Origin: a virus
Taxonomy: Duplodnaviria > Caudoviricetes
Strand: one strand, 5' to 3'
Length of the DNA: 64,000 nucleotides
Virus record (IMG/VR): IMGVR_UViG_3300013947_000028
Span: 1 to 64,000 of that record
Part shown: in pieces, positions 40,365 to 49,156 of the stretch
How positions within the stretch are numbered: position 1 is the first letter of the stretch
How the letters are laid out: each line of letters begins with the position of its first letter
Program-made: the position numbers and the translations under genes
Notes under the pieces: generated by a model
What the model saw: only the letters and a program-made list of their open reading frames with translations
What the model was told of the DNA's origin: nothing
Databases searched by the model: none

Positions 40365-43357
40365 TGAGTAAAACAAAAGATGATGAATTAGAGTATACCC
40401 CACAGACTACAGTATATTATACTCCACAAGAACAAACGCACAGATTAATTTCTTTAGGTAAAGGGGCTTACAAAGATATTATAACAGGTAAATTAGTTTG
40501 GAAAGAGGAGGAAATGCCTACAGCTGAGGTTGTAGGTCATAAAAAAAAGAAAACTGTTAATAAGGAGAATTCTACGATAAATATACAAACTTGGCTAGAC
40601 AATTTTAGAAGAACTAATCCAGAAGCTTATGCTGTAACAGCAAAGCTAGCACAAGAGGAACGCATAAAGAGAACACAACCAGGATTTTATGATGCTAGTT
40701 TTAAACCAACTATATCTAAAGAAGAGGAAGAAAGATTAAAGAATAACTATTTTGATGTTCAAGCATTAAATGGAGCAATGGGTTCTTCATATATCATGAA
40801 TCAAAATAGCATTACGTATAATCCTAATGTAGCTGCTCAACAATTACAGTTTGGAGCACGTTATCCTATAAATACAATTGAAAATGCTTTTGAAATGGGA
40901 TTAGGAGAAGCGGCATTTAATTATGGAATTAAGTCACTTCACGGATTAGCTAACAGGGCATTGTCTAATAATATATATGCTACAAGTAGATTATATTCTG
41001 ATGATTTTCTCACTAATTGGTATGCTACTATGGCTCGTAGATATGGCTTTTATGATAGAGCAAGGTTACCTTATCTAATCAGAAGATGGAAACCAGAAAA
41101 TTTACACGTTATAAAAGATGATAAAATGTTAATGAATGGTAGGTTTCCTCATACTAACTTTACTTATGATAGGCTAGTAACATCTCACGCAAAAGGTAAA
41201 TGGGATCAAGCAGCACAAACGTGGCTTATTAATCCTAGAGAAATAGTACCATCTAGTGAATGGGGTAGTATAGAACCATCAGACATGTTTACAGTTTATG
41301 ATGGAGAAATGGGACTGCGAGTACCTACTAAAGATATCACAATTATAACCGGTAACCCCACAACAATCAATCAAGCTAATCAAAAAGGGATTAGAGTAGT
41401 TACTAACGATGCGTTAAAAGCGGATGAAGCAACATTAGCGGCTGCTGATAAAGAAGCAGCTCAACATACAGGACCTTTTAATCTGTCTAAAACATCTTCC
41501 CGATCTGAGCAGTCTCCTACAATGTGGAGTCATGCTAATGCTGAAGTTAAAAAATTCGGCACTCCTAAAATGAAAGACATAAGATTATTAGAACAAACCA
41601 CAGGAATGAAAGCAGATGTTGTCCCTAGTTGGCAAAAATTTTTATATATATTAAGAGGCATATATCCCGATGGTAGACCAATAAAAAAACGGCCATTACA
41701 GTACTACCCATATAATAATTTATTTTACAATGCTTCATCACCAGTAGAATATATATATAAACAAAGTCATCCTGGTTTTTACGCTAAAGGGGGTCCTGTT
41801 ACAAGAAAGGGTAATTATGTGTATGCTGATTCAAATACTACAGATCCTGCTTTTATTAATTTAACCCCTATAGGTGAGGGTGTTTATAGAAATCAATTTG
41901 GAAAAATTGTTTATGATACTGAGAAGGTTACTCCACCAGAACAAGAAAAGTCAATTAATGATAATTGGCAGGCAGCTTATGCGAAAGGTATTAAAAAAGG
42001 AGGGCCACTTAAAAAATCATATAAAAACTTCTCTACTAGATTATCCAAGGCATGGGGTAATCAAGATATAAGCAAAGATGATTATGATTATCAAAAATAT
42101 TATAATGATAACCCTACTGAAGCATATAGACAATTAAGAGCCATAGAACATGGTAGCAAGGCACATTTTCCAGATGAAGGAAAGAGTGGTACTTATAAGA
42201 AACCTAGCCATCCTACTTATCCTGATTTAGGTATTAATTCTTGGTTAAATAATGATAGGGTATTTAACATGTCTACAAGACAAGCTGTACCTGAAAATAC
42301 AGATAGAATATTAGATTATATAGGTTCAGATTTAGATTATAATAATGGTTCTACAAGAGCAGTGTATGATGGTACTTATCAATTACCATCAATAACAATT
42401 ACTCCTAAAGGTAATTATACAGAACTTATACCTAATGAATTAGGTACAGGCTGGATGTACAGTGATAGGGTAGGTAGATATCAAGACTTAAATTATGACT
42501 ATATAGGAGATTATTTAAATAGTTTAAGGGCTAATAATAGAGCATTAGGGGGCAACCTATTTAAAAAAGGAGGCAGTACTACTACAACAAGAAGTTCTTG
42601 GATGCCAACTAAACAATGGCAAGATAGAATATCTAAATGGGAAGGGGCAGCCATGTATAAACCTATGCCTGATACAGGCAGAGCTAATTATTCTTTTGCT
42701 CACACTGCTAATGCTTTTTTAAGTGTTTTACCTAAAGAGGCTTTAGCTAAATTACCTAATGAAGCAATCAATGCTCTTTATAGTTATGCTTATAATGTAG
42801 GTCCTGGAAATTTTAAGAAAAGGGTTGTACCTACTTTAAATGCCTATTTAGCAGGTAAGGCCTCACCTGAACAACTAGCTAGTACTATGTGGGCTTCTAA
42901 AGATAAATCTTTAAAAGGTTTAAGAATTAGAAGAGCTTATGAAAAAGGTGCATTGTTAGCAGCTTTAAATGGTAGTGATATGATGGGCACAGCTACTTAT
43001 AATAGATATGATCCAAATTTATCTAATAACAATGATAATTACTATCATACTCAAGCAATTCCTTTTAACAGTGCAGAAAGTGAAGAGATGGAAAAAAGTG
43101 TTCCTAGCTGGAGTAAATTTGTTAACTTTCAACTTAAACAACCAGAACAAAATAAATCTACTGAAAGTACAACAGACAAACAATCAGAAACTACTAATAA
43201 TCAACAAAACACTTATTTCCCATTATTTTCTATAGGAGAAGAAAATACCCCTAAACCCGAATCCTCTGTTCCTATTTATAATACAATAGACCAAGTAAAT
43301 CAAAGATTATCTTCTTTAGGATTTACACCTTATAATAATTTAGAAATTAAAATTTAA
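40364..43357 (+). CDS. Multidomain virion/cargo protein with a GH24 lysozyme-like domain
   Basis: ISKWEG...ALYSYAYNVGPGNF...GLRIRRAYE at about 42600-42960; repeated xKGG linkers. Confidence 0.7.
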   Translation: MSKTKDDELEYTPQTTVYYTPQEQTHRLISLGKGAYKDIITGKLVWKEEEMPTAEVVGHKKKKTVNKENSTINIQTWLDNFRRTNPEAYAVTAKLAQEERIKRTQPGFYDASFKPTISKEEEERLKNNYFDVQALNGAMGSSYIMNQNSITYNPNVAAQQLQFGARYPINTIENAFEMGLGEAAFNYGIKSLHGLANRALSNNIYATSRLYSDDFLTNWYATMARRYGFYDRARLPYLIRRWKPENLHVIKDDKMLMNGRFPHTNFTYDRLVTSHAKGKWDQAAQTWLINPREIVPSSEWGSIEPSDMFTVYDGEMGLRVPTKDITIITGNPTTINQANQKGIRVVTNDALKADEATLAAADKEAAQHTGPFNLSKTSSRSEQSPTMWSHANAEVKKFGTPKMKDIRLLEQTTGMKADVVPSWQKFLYILRGIYPDGRPIKKRPLQYYPYNNLFYNASSPVEYIYKQSHPGFYAKGGPVTRKGNYVYADSNTTDPAFINLTPIGEGVYRNQFGKIVYDTEKVTPPEQEKSINDNWQAAYAKGIKKGGPLKKSYKNFSTRLSKAWGNQDISKDDYDYQKYYNDNPTEAYRQLRAIEHGSKAHFPDEGKSGTYKKPSHPTYPDLGINSWLNNDRVFNMSTRQAVPENTDRILDYIGSDLDYNNGSTRAVYDGTYQLPSITITPKGNYTELIPNELGTGWMYSDRVGRYQDLNYDYIGDYLNSLRANNRALGGNLFKKGGSTTTTRSSWMPTKQWQDRISKWEGAAMYKPMPDTGRANYSFAHTANAFLSVLPKEALAKLPNEAINALYSYAYNVGPGNFKKRVVPTLNAYLAGKASPEQLASTMWASKDKSLKGLRIRRAYEKGALLAALNGSDMMGTATYNRYDPNLSNNNDNYYHTQAIPFNSAESEEMEKSVPSWSKFVNFQLKQPEQNKSTESTTDKQSETTNNQQNTYFPLFSIGEENTPKPESSVPIYNTIDQVNQRLSSLGFTPYNNLEIKI

Positions 43358-43368
43358 ATATAAATAAT

Positions 43369-44550
43369 ATGACTTACGAAGATTATGTAAATAGTACAAT
43401 GAATGGCTATGCCCCAGTATCAGGGTATTCACCAGCTATGTTAAATGCAATGGTAGATAACCCAGGGATGCCTGCTGCTAATGTACAACCCATCTCTACA
43501 CAAGGAGTACCTGACTCTTATACTCCTTATGATCAAGCAGCAATAGCAGCTCAATATAGTCAACCTCTTTTTGATGACGCTCTTAATTCGGTATTAAATA
43601 GTACCTCTTCACTTAGTGACGCTAAACCTAGTAATAATACATATAAAATAAAAAGAGGGGACTCCCTCTCTAAGATAGCTAAGATGTATGGTACATCAGT
43701 TGAAAGTTTAGCTTTACTTAATAATATACAAGATATCAGCAGTATTAATACAGGTGATAAACTAATTTTACCTGAGGGAGCTAAATTAAAAAGTAGGTAC
43801 ATTCCTATTAAAACCACTAAGGTTACCACATCTAAAAACAATAATAATGGAAATGCGGTAGGTACTACTGCAAAATTATCATATTCAGGAAATCTGGATA
43901 AAGTAATAGTACAAGAACAAAACAAAGAATTAGCTAAGAATTTAGGAAGTGATTATAAGAATGTACGTAAAATAGATGTTTCCCGTGATAATAAAGGTAC
44001 TTATCATTATGTATATACTATGAAAAATGGAGACACTTTAAAACAAAGCTATATTCCTAAAGATACGGTTCGGGCTAATTTACCCGAAGTAACTATAATA
44101 GGAAAAGGGAAGGAAAACAAAAATACTAATGCTGTGCATTCCAATTCAAATTATACCTATAGTGCTAGTAATAAACCTACGAGAGAACAGCTTTTAGAAA
44201 GTTTAAATTCAGGAAAAATTAGCTTTGTTGATAACTATGGTAATCAAGTAACAGCGACAAGAAGTCAAGTAGAAAAATTTAAAAATTGGCTGTCTGGCCC
44301 AATGACTGGAAATCCCCCTGCTGCTATAAGAGGCTTAGTAGTTAATCTAGCTAGAATTGCAGGAGCACAAGGAAGGAATTGGTTAGACTCTTTTAGAAAG
44401 TGGTTTGGTCCTGCTGTAGAACGTATGGTAAAAGGACACAATAACCCCACCTCAAGAAATGGTCGTTTTGTAGCAGCACCTAAAAACGGAGCAAAACGCC
44501 CAGCTAGCCATGCTAAAGCTGTCACAAGAAATGTACTTTTAAATCCTTAA
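43369..44550 (+). CDS. LysM-domain protein
   Basis: YKIKRGDSLSKIAKMYGTSVESLALLNNI...I.TGDKLILP. Confidence 0.85.
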   Translation: MTYEDYVNSTMNGYAPVSGYSPAMLNAMVDNPGMPAANVQPISTQGVPDSYTPYDQAAIAAQYSQPLFDDALNSVLNSTSSLSDAKPSNNTYKIKRGDSLSKIAKMYGTSVESLALLNNIQDISSINTGDKLILPEGAKLKSRYIPIKTTKVTTSKNNNNGNAVGTTAKLSYSGNLDKVIVQEQNKELAKNLGSDYKNVRKIDVSRDNKGTYHYVYTMKNGDTLKQSYIPKDTVRANLPEVTIIGKGKENKNTNAVHSNSNYTYSASNKPTREQLLESLNSGKISFVDNYGNQVTATRSQVEKFKNWLSGPMTGNPPAAIRGLVVNLARIAGAQGRNWLDSFRKWFGPAVERMVKGHNNPTSRNGRFVAAPKNGAKRPASHAKAVTRNVLLNP

Positions 44551-44573
44551 AATGTTATTTTTTGCTCTAATTA

Positions 44574-44605
44574 TTTGGATATAAATAAATAATTAATTAT
44601 CTTTG
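44574..44605 (+). promoter_or_regulatory. Full Bacteroidota promoter (TTTG-N20-TATCTTTG) for the tRNA cluster
   Basis: -33 TTTG at 44574-44577 and -7 at 44598-44605. Confidence 0.8.
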
Positions 44606-44718
44606 CACTGTTCTTAGTTCTTAAGAAGAGATTTTAATTGTTAAACAGTTATTGGGGCAGTTTATATTATCTTGAAGGTTCTAGATATAAACTTCTATAT
44701 AAGAATAAACCTTCATTT

Positions 44719-44790
44719 TGGGATATAGTATAATGGTTATTACACTTGATTTTGGTCCAAGTAATCTAAGTTCAATTCTTAGTGTCCCAA
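44719..44790 (+). tRNA. tRNA-Gln(UUG)
   Basis: Acceptor TGGGATA/TGTCCCA; anticodon loop TT TTG GT; T-loop TTCAATT; one mismatch in the anticodon stem. Confidence 0.85.
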
Positions 44791-44799
44791 CAAAACTAT

Positions 44800-44873
<74 letters not shown>

Positions 44874-44939
44874 CTAATAAATAGTAATTCCTCTAGGTGG
44901 AATATACTAGAGTACGCATACTGAAAGGTGTGCTTATTA

Positions 44940-45013
44940 GGGCCTTTAACTCAGATGGTTAGAGTAGTGCACTCATAATGCAAAGGTCGCAGGTTCAATC
45001 CCTGCAAGGCCCA
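44940..45013 (+). tRNA. tRNA with CAU anticodon, probably Ile2 (lysidine) rather than Met
   Basis: Acceptor GGGCCTT/AAGGCCC; loop CT CAT AA; lacks the initiator GGG/CCC anticodon stem. Confidence 0.85.
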
Positions 45014-45015
45014 CT

Positions 45016-45261
45016 ATGTTTTTATCTAAACTTATAAAGAATAATACAGGAGTTAGTTCAAAGAACTTCTTTTTAGTAATAGTAACTATTATAGGCTGTA
45101 TATTACTTATTATACCTGCAATTATACTAATTGTTGAAGTATTTTATAACCATACTATTGCTACTAATTTAGATGGTATGGCAGCTTATATTGCAGCAGT
45201 AGCAGCAATATTTACATCAGCTGGTATTACTAAAGCATGGTCAGAAAGATATGAAAAATGA
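45016..45261 (+). CDS. Two-TM membrane protein (holin-like)
   Basis: SSKNF followed by two hydrophobic helices. Confidence 0.55.
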   Translation: MFLSKLIKNNTGVSSKNFFLVIVTIIGCILLIIPAIILIVEVFYNHTIATNLDGMAAYIAAVAAIFTSAGITKAWSERYEK

Positions 45262-45289
45262 ACCAAATATATTATAAAAAGGATTCATT

Positions 45290-45594
45290 ATGAAAATACA
45301 ATATAATGTTTCTACAGATAACATACACATTCAAGATAGTTATAAGGTAACTAAAGAAAATGATATGATGAGACTACTTACTAAGATTAAGGTTAGTTAT
45401 TTTGATTCTTCATATTTTTTCTATAACATGTCTTATAACACACTTTTAAATGAATGGAAAGCACATAATTTTTATATGATTTGCATTTATTTAGAAGCCA
45501 TACAAAAGATGTTGATTTAAATAAGAACCCTTGGTATATTAGAGTTGCTTATTGGGTACTAAGTAAATTTTACTTTAAACAATGGTTTAAGTAA
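45290..45594 (+). CDS. Hypothetical protein with an apparent 1-nt deletion in a T5 run (45469-45473)
   Basis: EWKAHNF continues in the -1 frame as LYDLHLFRSHTKDVDLNKNPWY to the stop at 45594. Confidence 0.5.
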
Positions 45595-45635
45595 ATAATA
45601 AGGCTTCATGGTGGAATGGTAGACACGAAGGACTT

Positions 45636-46308
45636 TGAGAAAATTTAAATATTTTTATTATGTATGAAAATTGTAAAATATATGGTCCATATACATCTAA
45701 AAAAGATGGAAGATTGAGATGTATCATTGTTCACCCTAACGGACATAAACAAACCATATCATATCCTAAATATATAATAGAAAAATATTTAAATAGATAT
45801 TTAGAAAAGAATGAGACTATTGACCATATAGATGGGAATTTTCTTAATAATAATTTATCAAATTTGAGAATTATTGATAGAAAACAACATTGCGTAGAGG
45901 ATGTACTTAGAAATAAAAATATTATTGTTTCTTGTCAAATGTGTGGTAAAACTTTTGAAATTAAAGGGAGTTTGATTCATAATAGAAATAGAACAGACAG
46001 ACATCAATCTGGATATTTTTGTTCTAGGCAATGTTCTGGAAGATATGGAAAATATATTCAACTTGGTTATTTAAACCACATTACTGTTGACAAAGTACCT
46101 GTTTCTAAATATAAGGTAAAGAGTGCTTTGAAAGAAATTTCAAATGTAGAAGTAGGCTAATTCGGTGAATGTTTCAGCCTTATAAATGAAAAGAACGCCG
46201 AGCTAAATTCACTTTGTGATAAATGTGTAGAGACTATATACCTACCTCCTAAGTTAGAAATAATATGGAGAAGACATAGTCCAAGTATTCTTAGTCAAAG
46301 AATATATG
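45636..46308 (+). mobile_element. Group I (IC3-like) intron in the anticodon U^AA with an HNH ORF
   Basis: IGS GAGU pairs with ACUU; P2 UUUGAAA-GAAA-UUUCAAA; P3 GUAGG/CCUAC; GUAGAGACUA and AAGACAUAGUCC; terminal G. Confidence 0.88.
45660..46160 (+). CDS. HNH homing endonuclease with a C-terminal Zn finger
   Basis: L.R.L...ETIDHIDGNFLNNNLSNLRI; CQMCGK...FCSRQC. Confidence 0.88.
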   Translation: MYENCKIYGPYTSKKDGRLRCIIVHPNGHKQTISYPKYIIEKYLNRYLEKNETIDHIDGNFLNNNLSNLRIIDRKQHCVEDVLRNKNIIVSCQMCGKTFEIKGSLIHNRNRTDRHQSGYFCSRQCSGRYGKYIQLGYLNHITVDKVPVSKYKVKSALKEISNVEVG

Positions 46309-46377
46309 AAAATCCTTTGGGCAGAAATGCCCGTGCGAGTTCGAGTCTCGCTGTAGCTACTTAAAATTTATATAGTA

Positions 46378-47234
46378 ATGGCAATTAACAAGAAACAAGA
46401 ACAACAATGGCAAGCAGAAAGTGATGCAAGAACTCTTGCTACTTATCAGGAGATTCTTGCTGATAAAGCAAGAATGGGAAGAGCTATTAAAGAGGCTAAT
46501 AAACAAGCAACTAATCTTACAAAAAGAGCTTCTCTTATGAAGAAGGCTGCCACTAATAAAAGAAAATAACATGATTAAGGTATTGCATGCAGATACAGCT
46601 AAATTATTAGCTGAAGCTATGAATAAAAAGAATATTACAAAAAATCAGATAATTAATATCATTAAGATGGAAGATCAGTTTGTAGTATTCTATGAAATAT
46701 AGAATAGTATGAGTGAGAAAGTTATATTAAAAAAACCTACATATACTAAAGCAGAATATAATGAAGAGCCAGTACACTACTGCACGCACTGTCTGTCATT
46801 AAGAGTTTTAAAAATTAATGACTTTGATTATTGTGATAATTGTGGTTCTACTGATATAGAACACTGCAGTATACAAGAGTGGGAAGATAAATATTTAGAT
46901 AAATACGGACATAAATATATTAAAAATGGAAAACAAACAGAAGATTGACACTAAGAAACTTAGTTATGAAGATTTGAGTAATGTATGTGCACAGCTTGAG
47001 GATAAGTGCAGAGAACTTGCACAACAAAATTTTCAATTGCAGCAATCACAGGCATTGATCCGCCTTGATTTTCTTTTCAAGGTTCTTGATAAGAAGGATT
47101 GTTTTGATGCTTCTTTTGTAGCAAACTGCACTACAGAAATTAAGAATCTTATGGTTATTAAAGAGGTACCTGAAAATACTTCTAAAAAGAAGGAAAGTGC
47201 TGTTGGAGAATTGAGTAAAAAACTTAAGGTTTAA
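46378..47234 (+). other. Small late-region genes: 46378-46569, 46571-46702 (43 aa, not in track), 46709-46948 (Zn ribbon CxxC..CxxC), 46926-47234
   Basis: Abutting ORFs. Confidence 0.55.
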
Positions 47235-47242
47235 TTAGTATT

Positions 47243-47620
47243 ATGGAAAGAAAAGTTATTAGAATACCAACTAATATTGAAGACTTCTTTAAATATTGGT
47301 TTATTTTTCTTTCTCCTTTACATAATCTTACTAACAGAGAACTTGAAGTTGCAGCTGCATTTCTTAAGATGAGATATGAATTAAGTAAGAGTATTATTAA
47401 CAATGATGAACTCTTAGAGAATACTTTAATGAGTGAAGATACTAAGAGAAAGATTAGAGAGCTTTGTAATTTATCAACTACACATTTTCAAGTAATTATG
47501 GGTAAATTGAGAAAAGCTAAAATCATTGAGAATAATAAAATTAATCCTAAGTTCATACCTAATATTAAAACAGATAAAGATAGTTTACAATTAATTATTT
47601 TATTTGATCTTAATGGATAA
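47243..47620 (+). CDS. Putative winged-HTH DNA-binding protein
   Basis: LTNRELEV...L.LS..HF..IMGKLRKAKII pattern. Confidence 0.5.
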   Translation: MERKVIRIPTNIEDFFKYWFIFLSPLHNLTNRELEVAAAFLKMRYELSKSIINNDELLENTLMSEDTKRKIRELCNLSTTHFQVIMGKLRKAKIIENNKINPKFIPNIKTDKDSLQLIILFDLNG

Positions 47621-47843
47621 AATATACAGACAAGTAGCTGATAAATTAGGTCTATCTAAAAATTTAGTAGCAGCTATCTATAAAATGTATTGTGCACTAT
47701 TAAGAGAAAAAATAAGAGAAGTTGATGTAGAAGGAGAAGAAATAAGTTTAAACCTAATTAATTTAGGTAAGATTTATTTAAACAAAACAAAAGTTAGAAG
47801 GAAGAATGAAGTTAAATATAAAGAAGATAAAACCAATGAATAA
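47613..47843 (+). CDS. IHF/HU-like small protein
   Basis: VADKLGLSK..V..IY...L.L.NLGKIY. Confidence 0.5.
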   Translation: MDKIYRQVADKLGLSKNLVAAIYKMYCALLREKIREVDVEGEEISLNLINLGKIYLNKTKVRRKNEVKYKEDKTNE

Positions 47844-48288
47844 TTGCCTTATTACCACTAAAGAGGTATATAAGGATGATATAAAGACAGGTAGTATTGT
47901 TACTAAAGCTTCAGGTACAATGAAAGAATATCAGAAAGTAGTAGCAGTAGGACCTATGGTTAGAAACATTGAGGTAGGAGATGTAGTTATGATTAATCCC
48001 TCTCGTTATGCTGTAAGAAAGTATAATGAGAAGCCTATGGAAAATTCTATTAAGAATGATATGGAATTAAATCCTGTAGTAGGCTATAGATTTAACACTA
48101 TTATGTTGGATAATGTAGAGCATTTGGTTCTTTATGATCAAGACATTTCTTATGTTATTGAAGACTATGAAGAAGTACCTGACGAAGACAATAACGCTAA
48201 GAATTTGATTGGTACACAGCCATCATCATCCATTATCCTACCTAAGGAAAAGAAGGTACATAAGAGTAATCTTATTATTCCAGAATAA
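47806..48288 (+). CDS. GroES-like co-chaperonin fold protein
   Basis: IKPMNN.LI, TGSIV and VVAVGP.VRNIEVGDVV motifs. Confidence 0.7.
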   Translation: MKLNIKKIKPMNNCLITTKEVYKDDIKTGSIVTKASGTMKEYQKVVAVGPMVRNIEVGDVVMINPSRYAVRKYNEKPMENSIKNDMELNPVVGYRFNTIMLDNVEHLVLYDQDISYVIEDYEEVPDEDNNAKNLIGTQPSSSIILPKEKKVHKSNLIIPE

Positions 48289-48309
48289 TAATTTAAAATT
48301 GTCAAATAT

Positions 48310-48335
48310 AGGGGAAAGCTTAAACTTTCCCCTTT
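48310..48335 (+). terminator. Intrinsic terminator
   Basis: AGGGGAAAG/CTTTCCCCT stem plus a short T-run. Confidence 0.6.
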
Positions 48336-48348
48336 ATGCGTTTATAAT

Positions 48349-48900
48349 ATGAAACTAGTAAAATTAGAAAATTATGAAATAAAAGTAGAAGATGAACTAC
48401 TGCTGCTTAAGCCTTTTAATGCCGTGTATAAAGCAGATAAAACATCAAACAAAAGTAAATTTTATGACTTTATAACAATATTATATTTTACCTATGATCC
48501 TAGAAGTGACTTTAATTATATAGCTAATGAAGAAGCTAGATTAAAGGAGGTCTGTGATTCTAATGGATTTAAAGTACCTAAGTTTAATAATAATGAACAA
48601 GAATGTATTAAACTCTATCAAAAACTTACAGAAACTTCTGCAAGTGTACTCTTAGAAAGAACTAGAGTAGCTGTAGATAAGTTAGGTAAATTCCTTGAAC
48701 AAATAGACCTTACTGAAGAAGATGATAAAGGAAAGCCTAAATATACAGTCAACTCAGTAGTTACTGCTATTAAGCAAGTACCGCAATTAGCTAAAGATGT
48801 AATGGAGGCAGAGAAAGCAGTAGCTAAGGAAATAGAAGAGCAAGGCAGAGCTAGAGGAGGAAATAATAAAAAGCTTTTTGAAGACGGTATAACTTTATAA
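48349..48900 (+). CDS. Conserved crAss gene upstream of TerL (possible small terminase)
   Basis: D.RSDF and C-terminal ARGG; assigned by position. Confidence 0.45.
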   Translation: MKLVKLENYEIKVEDELLLLKPFNAVYKADKTSNKSKFYDFITILYFTYDPRSDFNYIANEEARLKEVCDSNGFKVPKFNNNEQECIKLYQKLTETSASVLLERTRVAVDKLGKFLEQIDLTEEDDKGKPKYTVNSVVTAIKQVPQLAKDVMEAEKAVAKEIEEQGRARGGNNKKLFEDGITL

Positions 48901-48901
48901 T

Positions 48902-49156
48902 ATGACAATAGAAGATATCATTAAGATAAAGGGAGAGTTAGATAATAAGCACTATATAGTATATAAATCAATAACTTTAAATAAAACATTTAAAGCAATA
49001 AAAACTTACACAATTGCTATATATAAAGAAGAAGAAGGGCAAACTAAGGAGGTATTTAGTGTGCAAAAGAACTCTCAAACAAATCCTGAAATATGGAATG
49101 AATTAGAAATAGCATTAGTAAAAGAAATTTTAAATGGAAGAGACTTTAATAAATAA
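48902..49156 (+). CDS. Hypothetical protein
   Basis: 84 aa ORF overlapping the TerL start. Confidence 0.5.
   Translation: MTIEDIIKIKGELDNKHYIVYKSITLNKTFKAIKTYTIAIYKEEEGQTKEVFSVQKNSQTNPEIWNELEIALVKEILNGRDFNK

Larger units (their letters stand above)
45602..46359 (+). tRNA. tRNA-Leu(UAA) split by a group I intron (exons 45602-45635 and 46309-46359)
   Basis: 5' half GGCTTCATGGTGGAATGGTAGACACGAAGGACTT; 3' half AAAATCCTTTGGGCAGAAATGCCCGTGCGAGTTCGAGTCTCGCTGTAGCTA, with a long variable arm. Confidence 0.9.

Noticed and set aside
44874-44940. Hammerhead or canonical theta ribozyme call
   Set aside because: Lacks the CUGAnGA core and could not be fitted to HDV topology by eye; kept only as a structured spacer
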